A stretch of DNA of 64,000 bases. Source: Elusimicrobiota bacterium (GTDB lineage Bacteria > Elusimicrobiota > Elusimicrobia > F11). The notes under the pieces are model-generated. The model saw only the letters and a list, made by a program, of their open reading frames with translations, searched no databases and was not told the DNA's origin. Position 1 is the stretch's first letter. Each line of letters begins with the position of its first letter. Shown here in pieces: positions 20,571-29,849 of the stretch. Made by a program: the position numbers and the translations under genes. The stretch covers positions 1 to 64,000 of the forward strand of contig JBJXGI010000056.1 of the NCBI GenBank assembly GCA_046153645.1. Reading direction: 5' to 3'.

Positions 20571-22012
20571 AAAATCTTGTTTCTCTTTTAGATCAAGAGG
20601 GTATCAAACACTCAATATCAGAAAAAATAGTTGTTGAAGGGCTTTGTTATGACTCTAGAAAAATAAAAAAAGGCGATTTATTTTTTGCGATTCCAGGTTC
20701 TCAAGTTGATGGTCATCAATACTTGTCACAAGTTTCAACGGCAGGGGCTGTCGCTGCCATTGTCGAGAAAATAAGTGATGATGCCATTCCTCAGATTGTT
20801 GTCCCCAATGTTTTGGAAACAATGGCACTCCTGTCGAATTTATTTTTTGATAAACCTTCCGAGAAAATTCGAGTTGTCGGAATGACAGGTACAAATGGAA
20901 AAACAACGACAACCTATCTCATTGAAGATATATTAAAGAAAAATAATAAAAAGTGCGGCGTCATGGGCACTGTTAATTATCGTATGGGAGATGAATTGTT
21001 TCCAGCCCCCAATACCACGCCACAATCGCTAGATGTAAATATGTTCTTTTCTGAATTGGTTCGACGAGAGATTTTTTTTGGGGTTATGGAAGTGTCATCG
21101 CATGCGCTAGTCCAGCATCGAGTGGATCATATTCAGTATGAGGTGGCTGTATTTTCTAATTTGACTCAAGATCATTTGGATTATCACAAAACAATGGAGA
21201 ATTATTATCAAGCCAAAGCTTTGTTGTTTCTTCGCCCTGAATCTCCTTGTGCCGTTATTAATATTGATGACGAATATGGAGCAAGGCTTTTTAAAGAATT
21301 AGGTGAAGGATTGTCATATGGTTTTTCATCATCGGCAATGCTCAGAGCAAAAAATGAAAAATATACTCTTTCTGGTATTGAATTTGATGTTGTTTTTCCC
21401 AGTGGGAAAACCTTAAAAATTTCAAATAATTTACTTGGTAAATATAATATTTATAACTGTTTAGCAGCAGCAGGTGCTTTGTTGTCATTGGGCTTTTCCG
21501 ATGAAGAAGTCAGTGAGGGGTTAAATCAAAATCATCGAATTCCTGGGCGATTGGAACGAGTTGAAGCGGGTCAAAATTATGTGGTGGTTGTGGATTATGC
21601 GCACACTCCTGATGCTTTGGAGCAAGTGTTGATTACATTGAAAAATACAGGTCCCCGGAAACTTTTTTGTATTTTTGGCGCAGGTGGAGACCGCGATAGA
21701 GGAAAAAGGCCAAAAATGGGAGCGGTGGCTGTCAAAATGGCTGATCGGGTTTTTGTTACTTCAGATAACCCAAGAACAGAAAATCCTCAAAAAATTATTT
21801 CGGACATATTGGAGGGAATTGTTCCTCTAAATAAAAATAATCATGTTGTTGTTGAAGATCGCTCTCTCGCCATTCGTCAGGCTGTCAAAGAAGCGGGAAC
21901 AGGAGACATTGTTTTAATTGCAGGAAAAGGGCACGAAAATTATCAGATTATTGGGAATACAAAACATCATTTTTCTGATTTTGAAGAAGCGGAAAAGGCC
22001 ATTCGAGGGTGA
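20567..22012 (+). CDS. murE: UDP-MurNAc-tripeptide synthetase (meso-DAP type)
   Basis: GTNGKTTT, DYAHTPD, DNPR, AGKGHE. Confidence 0.96.
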   Translation: MKNLVSLLDQEGIKHSISEKIVVEGLCYDSRKIKKGDLFFAIPGSQVDGHQYLSQVSTAGAVAAIVEKISDDAIPQIVVPNVLETMALLSNLFFDKPSEKIRVVGMTGTNGKTTTTYLIEDILKKNNKKCGVMGTVNYRMGDELFPAPNTTPQSLDVNMFFSELVRREIFFGVMEVSSHALVQHRVDHIQYEVAVFSNLTQDHLDYHKTMENYYQAKALLFLRPESPCAVINIDDEYGARLFKELGEGLSYGFSSSAMLRAKNEKYTLSGIEFDVVFPSGKTLKISNNLLGKYNIYNCLAAAGALLSLGFSDEEVSEGLNQNHRIPGRLERVEAGQNYVVVVDYAHTPDALEQVLITLKNTGPRKLFCIFGAGGDRDRGKRPKMGAVAVKMADRVFVTSDNPRTENPQKIISDILEGIVPLNKNNHVVVEDRSLAIRQAVKEAGTGDIVLIAGKGHENYQIIGNTKHHFSDFEEAEKAIRG

Positions 22013-23412
22013 AAATTTTATTACGAGATATTATTAAGGCGACTAAGGGGCAATTGATTTTGGGTGATCCGATGGTCTCTGCGGAAGGATTTTGTGTCGA
22101 CTCTCGATTGGTGAAGCCAGGAGAAATATTTTTCGCTTTAAGTGGACAAAATAAGGACGGTCATGGATTTGTACAGGAGGTCTTTCGAAAGGGCGCTTCT
22201 GCTGTTATTGTTTCACAGCTTGATTGGTTGGCAAAAGATTCAAAAGGAATCACCAATGTTATTCAAGTTAAATCACCATTAGAGGCATTACAAAAAACCG
22301 CAAATTTTATTCGTTCTCAATTTTTAGGTCCTGTTGTTGGAATCACCGGCTCTAATGGAAAAACAACCACCAAACAAATGCTGGGTTCAATTTTGGCTAA
22401 AAATAATCCGGGGTTATTAACTCAAGGAAATTATAATTCTCAGATTGGTCTTCCTATCGTGCTGTCTCATTTGTTGCCCGAGCATCAGTGGATTGTTTTG
22501 GAAATGGGAGCTTCGTCAAAAGGCAACATTGCCGCTCTTTGTGAAATGGGTCAGCCAAAAGTAGGGATTATCACCAGTATTGGGCCGGCTCATTTAGAAA
22601 CTTTTGGGTCAATACAAGGAATCGCGGCTGCCAAATGGGAATTGATAGACAGTTTGCCTGTGGATGGTTGCGCCGTTTTACCTTGGGGAGAAGCTCATTT
22701 AGATCCGTTTATTCGGTCTTATAAAAATAAAATTATTTTTTTTGGAGAAGATTCATCTTGCGCTGTTAAGGCCAGTTCCATTGAAACAGGGGAACAGATT
22801 TCTTTTATGCTTCATTTGGGATCGAGAAGTTATCCTATTACATTGCCCTTGTCTGGTCGTTTCAATGTCAAAAATGCGATGGCTGCAGCAGCAGCGGCGT
22901 GGGCGCTCAATACGCCTGTTGAAAAAATAGTTGAAGGGCTCACTTCGTTTCAAGCGCCTCCTATGAGGATGCAAGTTTTATCCCATTCCTCAGGTGCGGT
23001 GATTATTAATGACGCCTATAACGCGAACCCGGCTTCGATGGCGGAATCGATAAAATCATTAATGGAATCTTATCCCAATAAAAAGAAATATTTAATTGTT
23101 GGTTCAATGCTCGAATTGGGCGTTGACTCAGAAAGATTTCATTTCCATTTGGGAAATGAATTGGGACGGATGAATTTGGAAAAGATTTTTTTGGTGGGTG
23201 AACTAACAAATAAAGTTTTTGAAGGGGCAGAATCAGTGGGGAGCTTAAATGGTAAGTTTTATCAGGGGAAAACTTTTTCTGATATTGCGGAGTTATTAAC
23301 TCGTGATTTGGATTCTAATTCTGTTGTTCTTTTAAAAGGGTCGCGTAGTAATAAGCTTGAAAAAATAATTGATTACCTTATGTCACCGACTGAAATAAAA
23401 GGGAATAAATAA
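22009..23412 (+). CDS. murF: D-Ala-D-Ala adding enzyme
   Basis: ITGSNGKTTTK, DAYNANP, LKGSR. Confidence 0.96.
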   Translation: MKILLRDIIKATKGQLILGDPMVSAEGFCVDSRLVKPGEIFFALSGQNKDGHGFVQEVFRKGASAVIVSQLDWLAKDSKGITNVIQVKSPLEALQKTANFIRSQFLGPVVGITGSNGKTTTKQMLGSILAKNNPGLLTQGNYNSQIGLPIVLSHLLPEHQWIVLEMGASSKGNIAALCEMGQPKVGIITSIGPAHLETFGSIQGIAAAKWELIDSLPVDGCAVLPWGEAHLDPFIRSYKNKIIFFGEDSSCAVKASSIETGEQISFMLHLGSRSYPITLPLSGRFNVKNAMAAAAAAWALNTPVEKIVEGLTSFQAPPMRMQVLSHSSGAVIINDAYNANPASMAESIKSLMESYPNKKKYLIVGSMLELGVDSERFHFHLGNELGRMNLEKIFLVGELTNKVFEGAESVGSLNGKFYQGKTFSDIAELLTRDLDSNSVVLLKGSRSNKLEKIIDYLMSPTEIKGNK

Positions 23413-24497
23413 TGTTTTATTGGTTGTCACAGCTTAAAGAAATTTGGTCTCCTTTCAATGTATTTCAATATATTACGTTTCGAGCAGGTGGGGCCTTTTT
23501 AACGGCGCTCCTCATTATGTTGATATTTGGGCAAAGCTTTATACGGCTCATAAAAAAATGGGAAGTCACCCAGCATATTAGAGAATATGGGCCTAAATCA
23601 CATTTAACCAAGACGGGGACTCCAACAATGGGAGGCCTTTTGATTTTGACTGCGCTTATTATTTCAACCTTATTATGGGCCAAAATCAGCAATCGATTTA
23701 TTGTTTTAAGTGTTATTTCTTCTGTTTACTTAGGATTGTTAGGTTTTTTTGATGATTACCGTAAGTGGATTTTAAAACACCCCGCGCGAGGTTTATCTCA
23801 AAACGTCAAAATGGCTTTCCAATTACTTTGGGCGATAGGAATCACCGCTTATCTATACATCTCCCCGCCCAATGAAGTTTTCACGACGCAGGTTCAGGTT
23901 CCCTATTTGAAAAATGTTTTTTTAAATTTTGGTTCGTTTATTATTTTATTCCAAATGGTGGTTATTATCGGAGCCTCGAACGCGGTTAATTTAACTGATG
24001 GGTTAGATGGATTGGCTTGCGGTACTTTATTCGTTAGTGCTGTTGGTTTTATTGTTTTTGCTTATCTAGCGGGGAACGCAAAGTTGTCAACTTATTTAAG
24101 ACTCATTCCCGTTTCAGGTTCAGGTGAAATCACAATTTATTTAGCTGCGATGGCAGGCGCTTGCCTGGGATTTTTATGGTTTAACGGATATCCTGCTTCT
24201 ATTTTTATGGGTGACACAGGTTCCTTATTTTTAGGAGGGAATATTGGTTTGGTGGCCTTATGTATTAAACAAGAGCTCATTTTGATTTTGGTTGGCGGCA
24301 TATTTGTCGCTGAGGCTGTTTCCGTTATCTTGCAAATTGGAGCGGTTCGACTTTTTAAAAAGAGAGTTTTAAAAATGGCACCTTTGCATCATCATTTTGA
24401 AGAACTGGGCTGGCCTGAAACAAAAGTAACTTTGCGGTTTTGGATTATCGCAATTGTAATGGCATTAATTGCTATGACGTCTCTTAAGTTAAGATGA
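23412..24497 (+). CDS. mraY: Phospho-MurNAc-pentapeptide transferase
   Basis: TPTMGG, NLTDGLDGL, FMGDTGS, APLHHHFE. Confidence 0.97.
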   Translation: MFYWLSQLKEIWSPFNVFQYITFRAGGAFLTALLIMLIFGQSFIRLIKKWEVTQHIREYGPKSHLTKTGTPTMGGLLILTALIISTLLWAKISNRFIVLSVISSVYLGLLGFFDDYRKWILKHPARGLSQNVKMAFQLLWAIGITAYLYISPPNEVFTTQVQVPYLKNVFLNFGSFIILFQMVVIIGASNAVNLTDGLDGLACGTLFVSAVGFIVFAYLAGNAKLSTYLRLIPVSGSGEITIYLAAMAGACLGFLWFNGYPASIFMGDTGSLFLGGNIGLVALCIKQELILILVGGIFVAEAVSVILQIGAVRLFKKRVLKMAPLHHHFEELGWPETKVTLRFWIIAIVMALIAMTSLKLR

Positions 24498-25816
24498 TCA
24501 AAGAAGTGAATACTCTCCAACAAGACGATCTAACAGCCTGGTTAAAAGGAAAACATGTTTTGGTTGTTGGATTGGCGAAATCAGGTTTGGCTGCGGTTCA
24601 GCTATTAACGCAGAAAAAAGCCATTGTCTTTGTTTCGGATTCTCAAAATAAAGAAAAACTTTCTTCATTTATATCAAAATTACCAAAATCCGTGAGCACA
24701 GAATTTGGATCAAATCATTTTCTAAAGAAAGATTTTGATTTGATTATTTTAAGTCCAGGGATTCCCTGGGATTTGCCTCCATTGGTGGCTGCGAGAGAGA
24801 AAAAAATTCCTGTTTGGCCAGAACTTGAATTAGCCGCAAGACTTATAAAACCAAAAAAAATAATCGCTATTACTGGAACAAATGGGAAAACAACGACAAC
24901 GACAATGATCGGAGAAATTTTAAAAAGATCAGGCCGAAAAGTGTTGGTTGGTGGAAATATTGGAACACCCCTTAGTGATTTGCAAAGAAAGATTGATGGT
25001 GACACTTATGTGGTTTTAGAGGTTTCTAGTTATCAGTTAGAAGGGCATCAATCTTTTCATCCTCATGTCGGAGTTCTTTTAAATGTCACGCCTGATCATC
25101 TTAAAAGACATAAAACGATGGCTCGATATGCCGCTGCAAAAGCACGACTGTTTGATTTTTTTACGAAAAAAGATGTGGCTATTTTAAACACTCATGATAA
25201 ATGGTGTAAAAAGTTAAGTTCGAAAATAAAAGGGAGAAAAGTTTGGTTCCCTTCTGAAAATTTAAAGAAGATTGCCAATGTTATTCAAATTCCTGGCCAA
25301 CACAATAAAGAAAATGCGATGGCCGCTGCCGCCGTCTGTTTAAATCTTGGGGTTTCAATTCCCGTTATAAAAAAAGCCTTATTCCAGTTGAAAGGAGTTC
25401 CTCACCGAATTCAATTTGTCAAAGATTTAAATGGAGTCAAATATTTTAATGACTCAAAAGGAACCAACGTAGATTCGACAGAGGTTGCGTTAAAAGCATT
25501 TGAAAATTCGATTATTCTTATTTTAGGAGGAGAGCATAAGGGCGCTTCATATAAACAACTCGTTCCTGAAATTAAAAAGAAGGTCCGTTTTGTTTTAACG
25601 ATTGGGAAGGCCCATAGAGAAATAGTAAAAGATCTTTCTTCTTCAACTAAAATAATTTCTTGTAAAAAAATGAAAACTGCCGTTATTACAGCACAAAAAA
25701 TGGCCTTAAAAGGAGATGTTGTTTTGTTGTCTCCTGCTTGCGCTTCTTTTGATCAATATAAAAATTATGAAGAACGCGGCGATGACTTTATGCAATTGGT
25801 TAGAGGGTTAAAATAA
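24494..25816 (+). CDS. murD: UDP-MurNAc-Ala-D-Glu ligase
   Basis: ITGTNGKTTTT, EVSSYQL, NDSKGTN, LSPACASFD. Confidence 0.96.
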   Translation: MIKEVNTLQQDDLTAWLKGKHVLVVGLAKSGLAAVQLLTQKKAIVFVSDSQNKEKLSSFISKLPKSVSTEFGSNHFLKKDFDLIILSPGIPWDLPPLVAAREKKIPVWPELELAARLIKPKKIIAITGTNGKTTTTTMIGEILKRSGRKVLVGGNIGTPLSDLQRKIDGDTYVVLEVSSYQLEGHQSFHPHVGVLLNVTPDHLKRHKTMARYAAAKARLFDFFTKKDVAILNTHDKWCKKLSSKIKGRKVWFPSENLKKIANVIQIPGQHNKENAMAAAAVCLNLGVSIPVIKKALFQLKGVPHRIQFVKDLNGVKYFNDSKGTNVDSTEVALKAFENSIILILGGEHKGASYKQLVPEIKKKVRFVLTIGKAHREIVKDLSSSTKIISCKKMKTAVITAQKMALKGDVVLLSPACASFDQYKNYEERGDDFMQLVRGLK

Positions 25817-26997
25817 TGCGGTACCGGTTTGTTAAAAAACCTGGTCAACAAAAACAAGGACTCATCAGACGGCTTTTGTCTATGAAGAATTTTACTCAAG
25901 GTATTCCACCGGATCCGTGGCTTATTGGATGTGTATTGGGGTTATTGGTGTTTGGTTGGGTGATGGTTTATTCTTCGTCAGCTTTATTTGCTGAATCACG
26001 ATATCATGATCAGTTTTTCTTTTTAAAGAAACAAATCTTATGGTCGGTTTTAGGAGGTATGGGATTTATTGCGGCCTCTAATATTCCGCTCGATTCTTGG
26101 CAAAAGACGTCTAAATTATTTTATGCACTTACATGTATCACTCTTATTATCGTTTTTTTAACAGGTCCAGAAATTGCTGGAGCTAAACGTTGGTTCCGTT
26201 TAGGTGGATTTAGTTTTCAGCCTTCAGAATTGGCAAAATTAACAGCTGTTATTTTGACAGCGGACTATCTTGATCGACGACAAAGTCGAATTAAGGATTT
26301 CAAGAAGGGGTTACTTCCGTTATTGTTGATTCAAGGTTTTATGTTGGGACTGATTCTAATTGAGCCTGATCTTGGCACGCCTGTTTTAATTGGTTCTGTC
26401 CTTTTCGTATTGCTGGTCTTAGGGGGGGCGCGTTGGAAGCATTTTTTTCTGTTGAGTTTAATGGTTCTCCCTGTTTTTCTAATAGCAATTTGGAAAGTGA
26501 AGTATCGGTTATTAAGGTTAATAGCTTATATGGATCCTTGGGCCGATGCTAAAGGGGCCGGTTATCAATTGGTCCAGTCATTACTGGCGCTGGGGTCTGG
26601 AGGTATTTTTGGAAAAGGATTAGGAAGTTCCCAAATGAAAATAAGCAATTTGCCCGATTGTCATACAGATTTTGTGTTTTCGATTTTAGGAGAAGAACTT
26701 GGACTTATTGGTACTCTTGTTTGTGCTGCTTTATTTTTATTCCTCTGTTTACGGGGGCTTGATATTGCACGCAAAGCACCAAATTATTTTTCAAGGATGG
26801 TGGCTGCGGGAATTAGTTTAAATATTGGTTTTCAAGCGGTGATTAATATGGGCGTGGCCTGTGGGTTATTCCCAACGAAAGGAATGCCATTGCCTTTTAT
26901 TTCTTTTGGCGGATCTTCGTTATTGTTTACTCTTATCTCAGTAGGAATTTTGGCGAGACTGTCTCGGCAGGAATACAACCTTGCTAAAACCAAATAA
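25816..26997 (+). CDS. ftsW: SEDS glycosyltransferase FtsW
   Basis: FQPSELAK, EPDLGT, HTDFVF, LPFISFGGSS. Confidence 0.96.
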   Translation: MRYRFVKKPGQQKQGLIRRLLSMKNFTQGIPPDPWLIGCVLGLLVFGWVMVYSSSALFAESRYHDQFFFLKKQILWSVLGGMGFIAASNIPLDSWQKTSKLFYALTCITLIIVFLTGPEIAGAKRWFRLGGFSFQPSELAKLTAVILTADYLDRRQSRIKDFKKGLLPLLLIQGFMLGLILIEPDLGTPVLIGSVLFVLLVLGGARWKHFFLLSLMVLPVFLIAIWKVKYRLLRLIAYMDPWADAKGAGYQLVQSLLALGSGGIFGKGLGSSQMKISNLPDCHTDFVFSILGEELGLIGTLVCAALFLFLCLRGLDIARKAPNYFSRMVAAGISLNIGFQAVINMGVACGLFPTKGMPLPFISFGGSSLLFTLISVGILARLSRQEYNLAKTK

Positions 26998-28093
26998 AAA
27001 ACTGTCATTTATTATTATCGCAGGTGGAACGGGGGGGCATTTTTATCCGGGTTTAAGTATCGCCAAAGAATTAAAAAAGAGAGGGCACGACGTTCGATTT
27101 ATTGTCAGAAAAAATGATTTTGTTTTACCGATATTAAAACGCGAACAATTTTTATTTGATGAAATTGAAGCATCCGGTTTTGTTAGAAAATTAACCATTA
27201 AAAATTTTCTTGTTTTTTCAAAGATCATTTCTGGGTTTCGGTCTGCAAAAACCATTCTAAAAGAACATAAGCCTTCCTGCGTTATTGCGATGGGGGGGTA
27301 TCTTTCTTTTTCTCCTGTCTTGTGTGCCAAATGGTTGAAGATTCCAGTTCTATTGCATGAACAAAATGTTTTTCCTGGTCTTGCCAATCGTTGGTTAGCC
27401 AAACTTTCTGATAAAGTTGCATTGGGGTTTATAGAGAGCCAATCTTTTTTCCCTTCCAAAAGTGTTTTTACTGGAAATCCAGTAAGAGAAGAATTTTTTC
27501 AATTATTGCCACCAGAAGTGGCCAGGAAAAAGTGGAATTTGGATCCGCTAAAAAAAACATTACTTGTTTTTGGTGGTAGCTTGGGCGCCCATAAACTAAA
27601 TGAGCTTATTTTAAAAGCATTGAGTGAAATGGATCTCACAAATAATCCTCTGCAAGTAGTGCACTTTTCGGGTGTTCAAGATGAAGATTGGGTTAAAAAA
27701 GAATATTCTAAGCTTCCTATTAAATCCTTTGTTCAGTCTTTTTGTCATGAGATGGCGGTGGCTTTTTCGGCGAGTGATTTTATTGTCTGTCGAGCTGGGG
27801 CCAGTACTGTTACCGAATTAATAGCGCTTAAGAAACCGTCTTTATTGGTACCGTATCCATTTGCAACGAATGATCATCAGAGTTTTAATGCCAAAGTTAT
27901 TTTTGATAAAGGCGCGGGCGTTGTCATTCGTGAGAGTTCTTTGAGTAAAGATAAATTAAAAGAAATCTTGAATGATTTTCTTTTTAAGGAAAATTTTCTT
28001 TTGGATTTGAAAAGTGGTTTCGATCGGTTTTCTACAGATCCACTAAAAGCGCACTTATTAGTGGCTGATTTAGTTGAAGAGATGGTGAAATAG
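26981..28093 (+). CDS. murG: Lipid II GlcNAc transferase
   Basis: GGTGGH, HEQN, GGSLGA, RAGAST. Confidence 0.96.
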   Translation: MLKPNKKLSFIIIAGGTGGHFYPGLSIAKELKKRGHDVRFIVRKNDFVLPILKREQFLFDEIEASGFVRKLTIKNFLVFSKIISGFRSAKTILKEHKPSCVIAMGGYLSFSPVLCAKWLKIPVLLHEQNVFPGLANRWLAKLSDKVALGFIESQSFFPSKSVFTGNPVREEFFQLLPPEVARKKWNLDPLKKTLLVFGGSLGAHKLNELILKALSEMDLTNNPLQVVHFSGVQDEDWVKKEYSKLPIKSFVQSFCHEMAVAFSASDFIVCRAGASTVTELIALKKPSLLVPYPFATNDHQSFNAKVIFDKGAGVVIRESSLSKDKLKEILNDFLFKENFLLDLKSGFDRFSTDPLKAHLLVADLVEEMVK

Positions 28094-28762
28094 CTATTTA
28101 GAAAAATAAGATTTTAAGGCCAGTGATATGGCTTTAACAATCTTGGTTTGATGTTCAGGGTTTTTTATTTTTTTGCTTTCAATTTTGTTGCTTAAAAATC
28201 CTGTTTCAATAATAATGGCTGGCATCTTTGCGTATTCGAGAATGGTGAAATCTTCATTTACGACTTTTCTGTTTTTTGATTTTGTTTTTTTTACAAGGTT
28301 TCCTTGGACAAGATGAGCAAGACTTTCTGATTGAGGGGTGTAATAAAGAGTTGTAACACCACTGACTTTTGGTCTTGGGTCCCAGTCGCAATGAATAGAA
28401 AGAAGGGCGTCCGCATTAAGTTGATTGGCTAAAAAAGCCCTACTTTGATTGTCTTCTACAATACTGTGATTGATTCTCCAGTAGTCATACTCGGTTCTAG
28501 TGAAGAAAACTTGCGCGCCTTCTTTTTTTAAAAACTCACCTAATTTTTGAGAAATTTCTAAATTAATTTTTCTTTCGATTCCCCTATGGTTAACTTTTCC
28601 GCTGTTAATAATATTTCCATGTGAGTTGATGGTTCCATGGCCAGCATCTATGACAATAATTTTCCCGCGAAGCGGGGAGGCAAAGAGGAGGGAAGGAAAT
28701 AGAAATAAGAAAAAATAGACTGTCCCCTTAATAATCGGGATCATGAGTTGCGTTAGTCGCAT
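28094..28762 (-). CDS. N-acetylmuramoyl-L-alanine amidase (Amidase_3), secreted
   Basis: VIDAGHG, E, SIHCD, IETGF zinc-site motifs; hydrophobic N-terminus. Confidence 0.9.
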   Translation of the reverse strand: MRLTQLMIPIIKGTVYFFLFLFPSLLFASPLRGKIIVIDAGHGTINSHGNIINSGKVNHRGIERKINLEISQKLGEFLKKEGAQVFFTRTEYDYWRINHSIVEDNQSRAFLANQLNADALLSIHCDWDPRPKVSGVTTLYYTPQSESLAHLVQGNLVKKTKSKNRKVVNEDFTILEYAKMPAIIIETGFLSNKIESKKIKNPEHQTKIVKAISLALKSYFSK

Positions 28763-29814
28763 TTGTTCAGTGTATCGATAAGCTGTCTTAATCTCCCATT
28801 ATTCATCCGGTTAAATTTAAAAATCAAACGATGAAAATGTTGCAGCTCGGGTTGATTTTCTTCTTCTTTTAACGGTCCGCCTTTGGTGAATTGACCGTCG
28901 GTCAGAATACTCGAAAAGTTTTTATTTATATATTTAAGATCGGAAGCAAGAATTGGTTTTCTAAGTCTAAAAACCAAATTATCGCCAATATATCTCATGG
29001 AGTGGTAGTTTGAATAAAAGTGAACGATTTCGTTGACAGCTTCTTCAGAGGTATCAAATATTTTATAGAGGTTTAAGTCCTCTGGTGAGATTTTTTTTCC
29101 TTTTAGAAGTGATTTTTCAATGAAGGCTTGCATTTCTCTCCAAAAGTGTGTTTTAGGATCATCTACAAATACCAATGGAATGGGGTCACTTTTACCCGTT
29201 TGAACCAGTGTTAGAAGTTCAAAAGCTTCATCTAAGGTTCCAAAACCTCCTGGAAAAAAGGCAGCGGCGCTGGCTTCTTTGATGAAGACAAGTTTTCTCG
29301 TGAAAAAATAGTGGCAATCAATATACGTGGGTTGATCTGCAATAAACTCATTGGGATGTTGCTCAAAAGGGAGTTTAATATTAACGCCAAAGCTGGCTTT
29401 AGGGCCCGCGCCTTCATTGCCTGCTTGCATGATACCAGGGCCTGCTCCTGTGATGATCATATACCCTAGATCAACTAACCTTTTCGCAAAATCCTTGGTC
29501 ATTTTGTAACTGGTTTCGTTCTCTTTGGTGCGAGCCGATCCAAAAATGGTCACTTTTCTGGTGTTTCGATATGATTTGAATATTTTGAAGGCGTAACGAA
29601 GCTCACGGAAAGATCGACTGAGTAATTTGAGGTCACCCCTTCCCAGATCAGATTCCACTCCCTTGAGAGCGGTAATGATCATTTCTTTTACAACGTCCGC
29701 ATTCTTATAATTGGTTTTATCGGGGTGAATATCACTTATTAACTTTAAAATATCGGTTTGGATGATGGGATCCCATTTGTTGAGAGAAGGGTTAATCTTT
29801 TTGTTTTGGGGCAT
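28753..29814 (-). CDS. LOG family nucleotide phosphoribohydrolase (long form)
   Basis: IFGSART, TGAGPGIM, FFTRK, PGGFGTLDE. Confidence 0.88.
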   Translation of the reverse strand: MPQNKKINPSLNKWDPIIQTDILKLISDIHPDKTNYKNADVVKEMIITALKGVESDLGRGDLKLLSRSFRELRYAFKIFKSYRNTRKVTIFGSARTKENETSYKMTKDFAKRLVDLGYMIITGAGPGIMQAGNEGAGPKASFGVNIKLPFEQHPNEFIADQPTYIDCHYFFTRKLVFIKEASAAAFFPGGFGTLDEAFELLTLVQTGKSDPIPLVFVDDPKTHFWREMQAFIEKSLLKGKKISPEDLNLYKIFDTSEEAVNEIVHFYSNYHSMRYIGDNLVFRLRKPILASDLKYINKNFSSILTDGQFTKGGPLKEEENQPELQHFHRLIFKFNRMNNGRLRQLIDTLNKCD

Positions 29815-29849
29815 ATATGATTCCTTTTTATATTTATTATTATCCCTGA

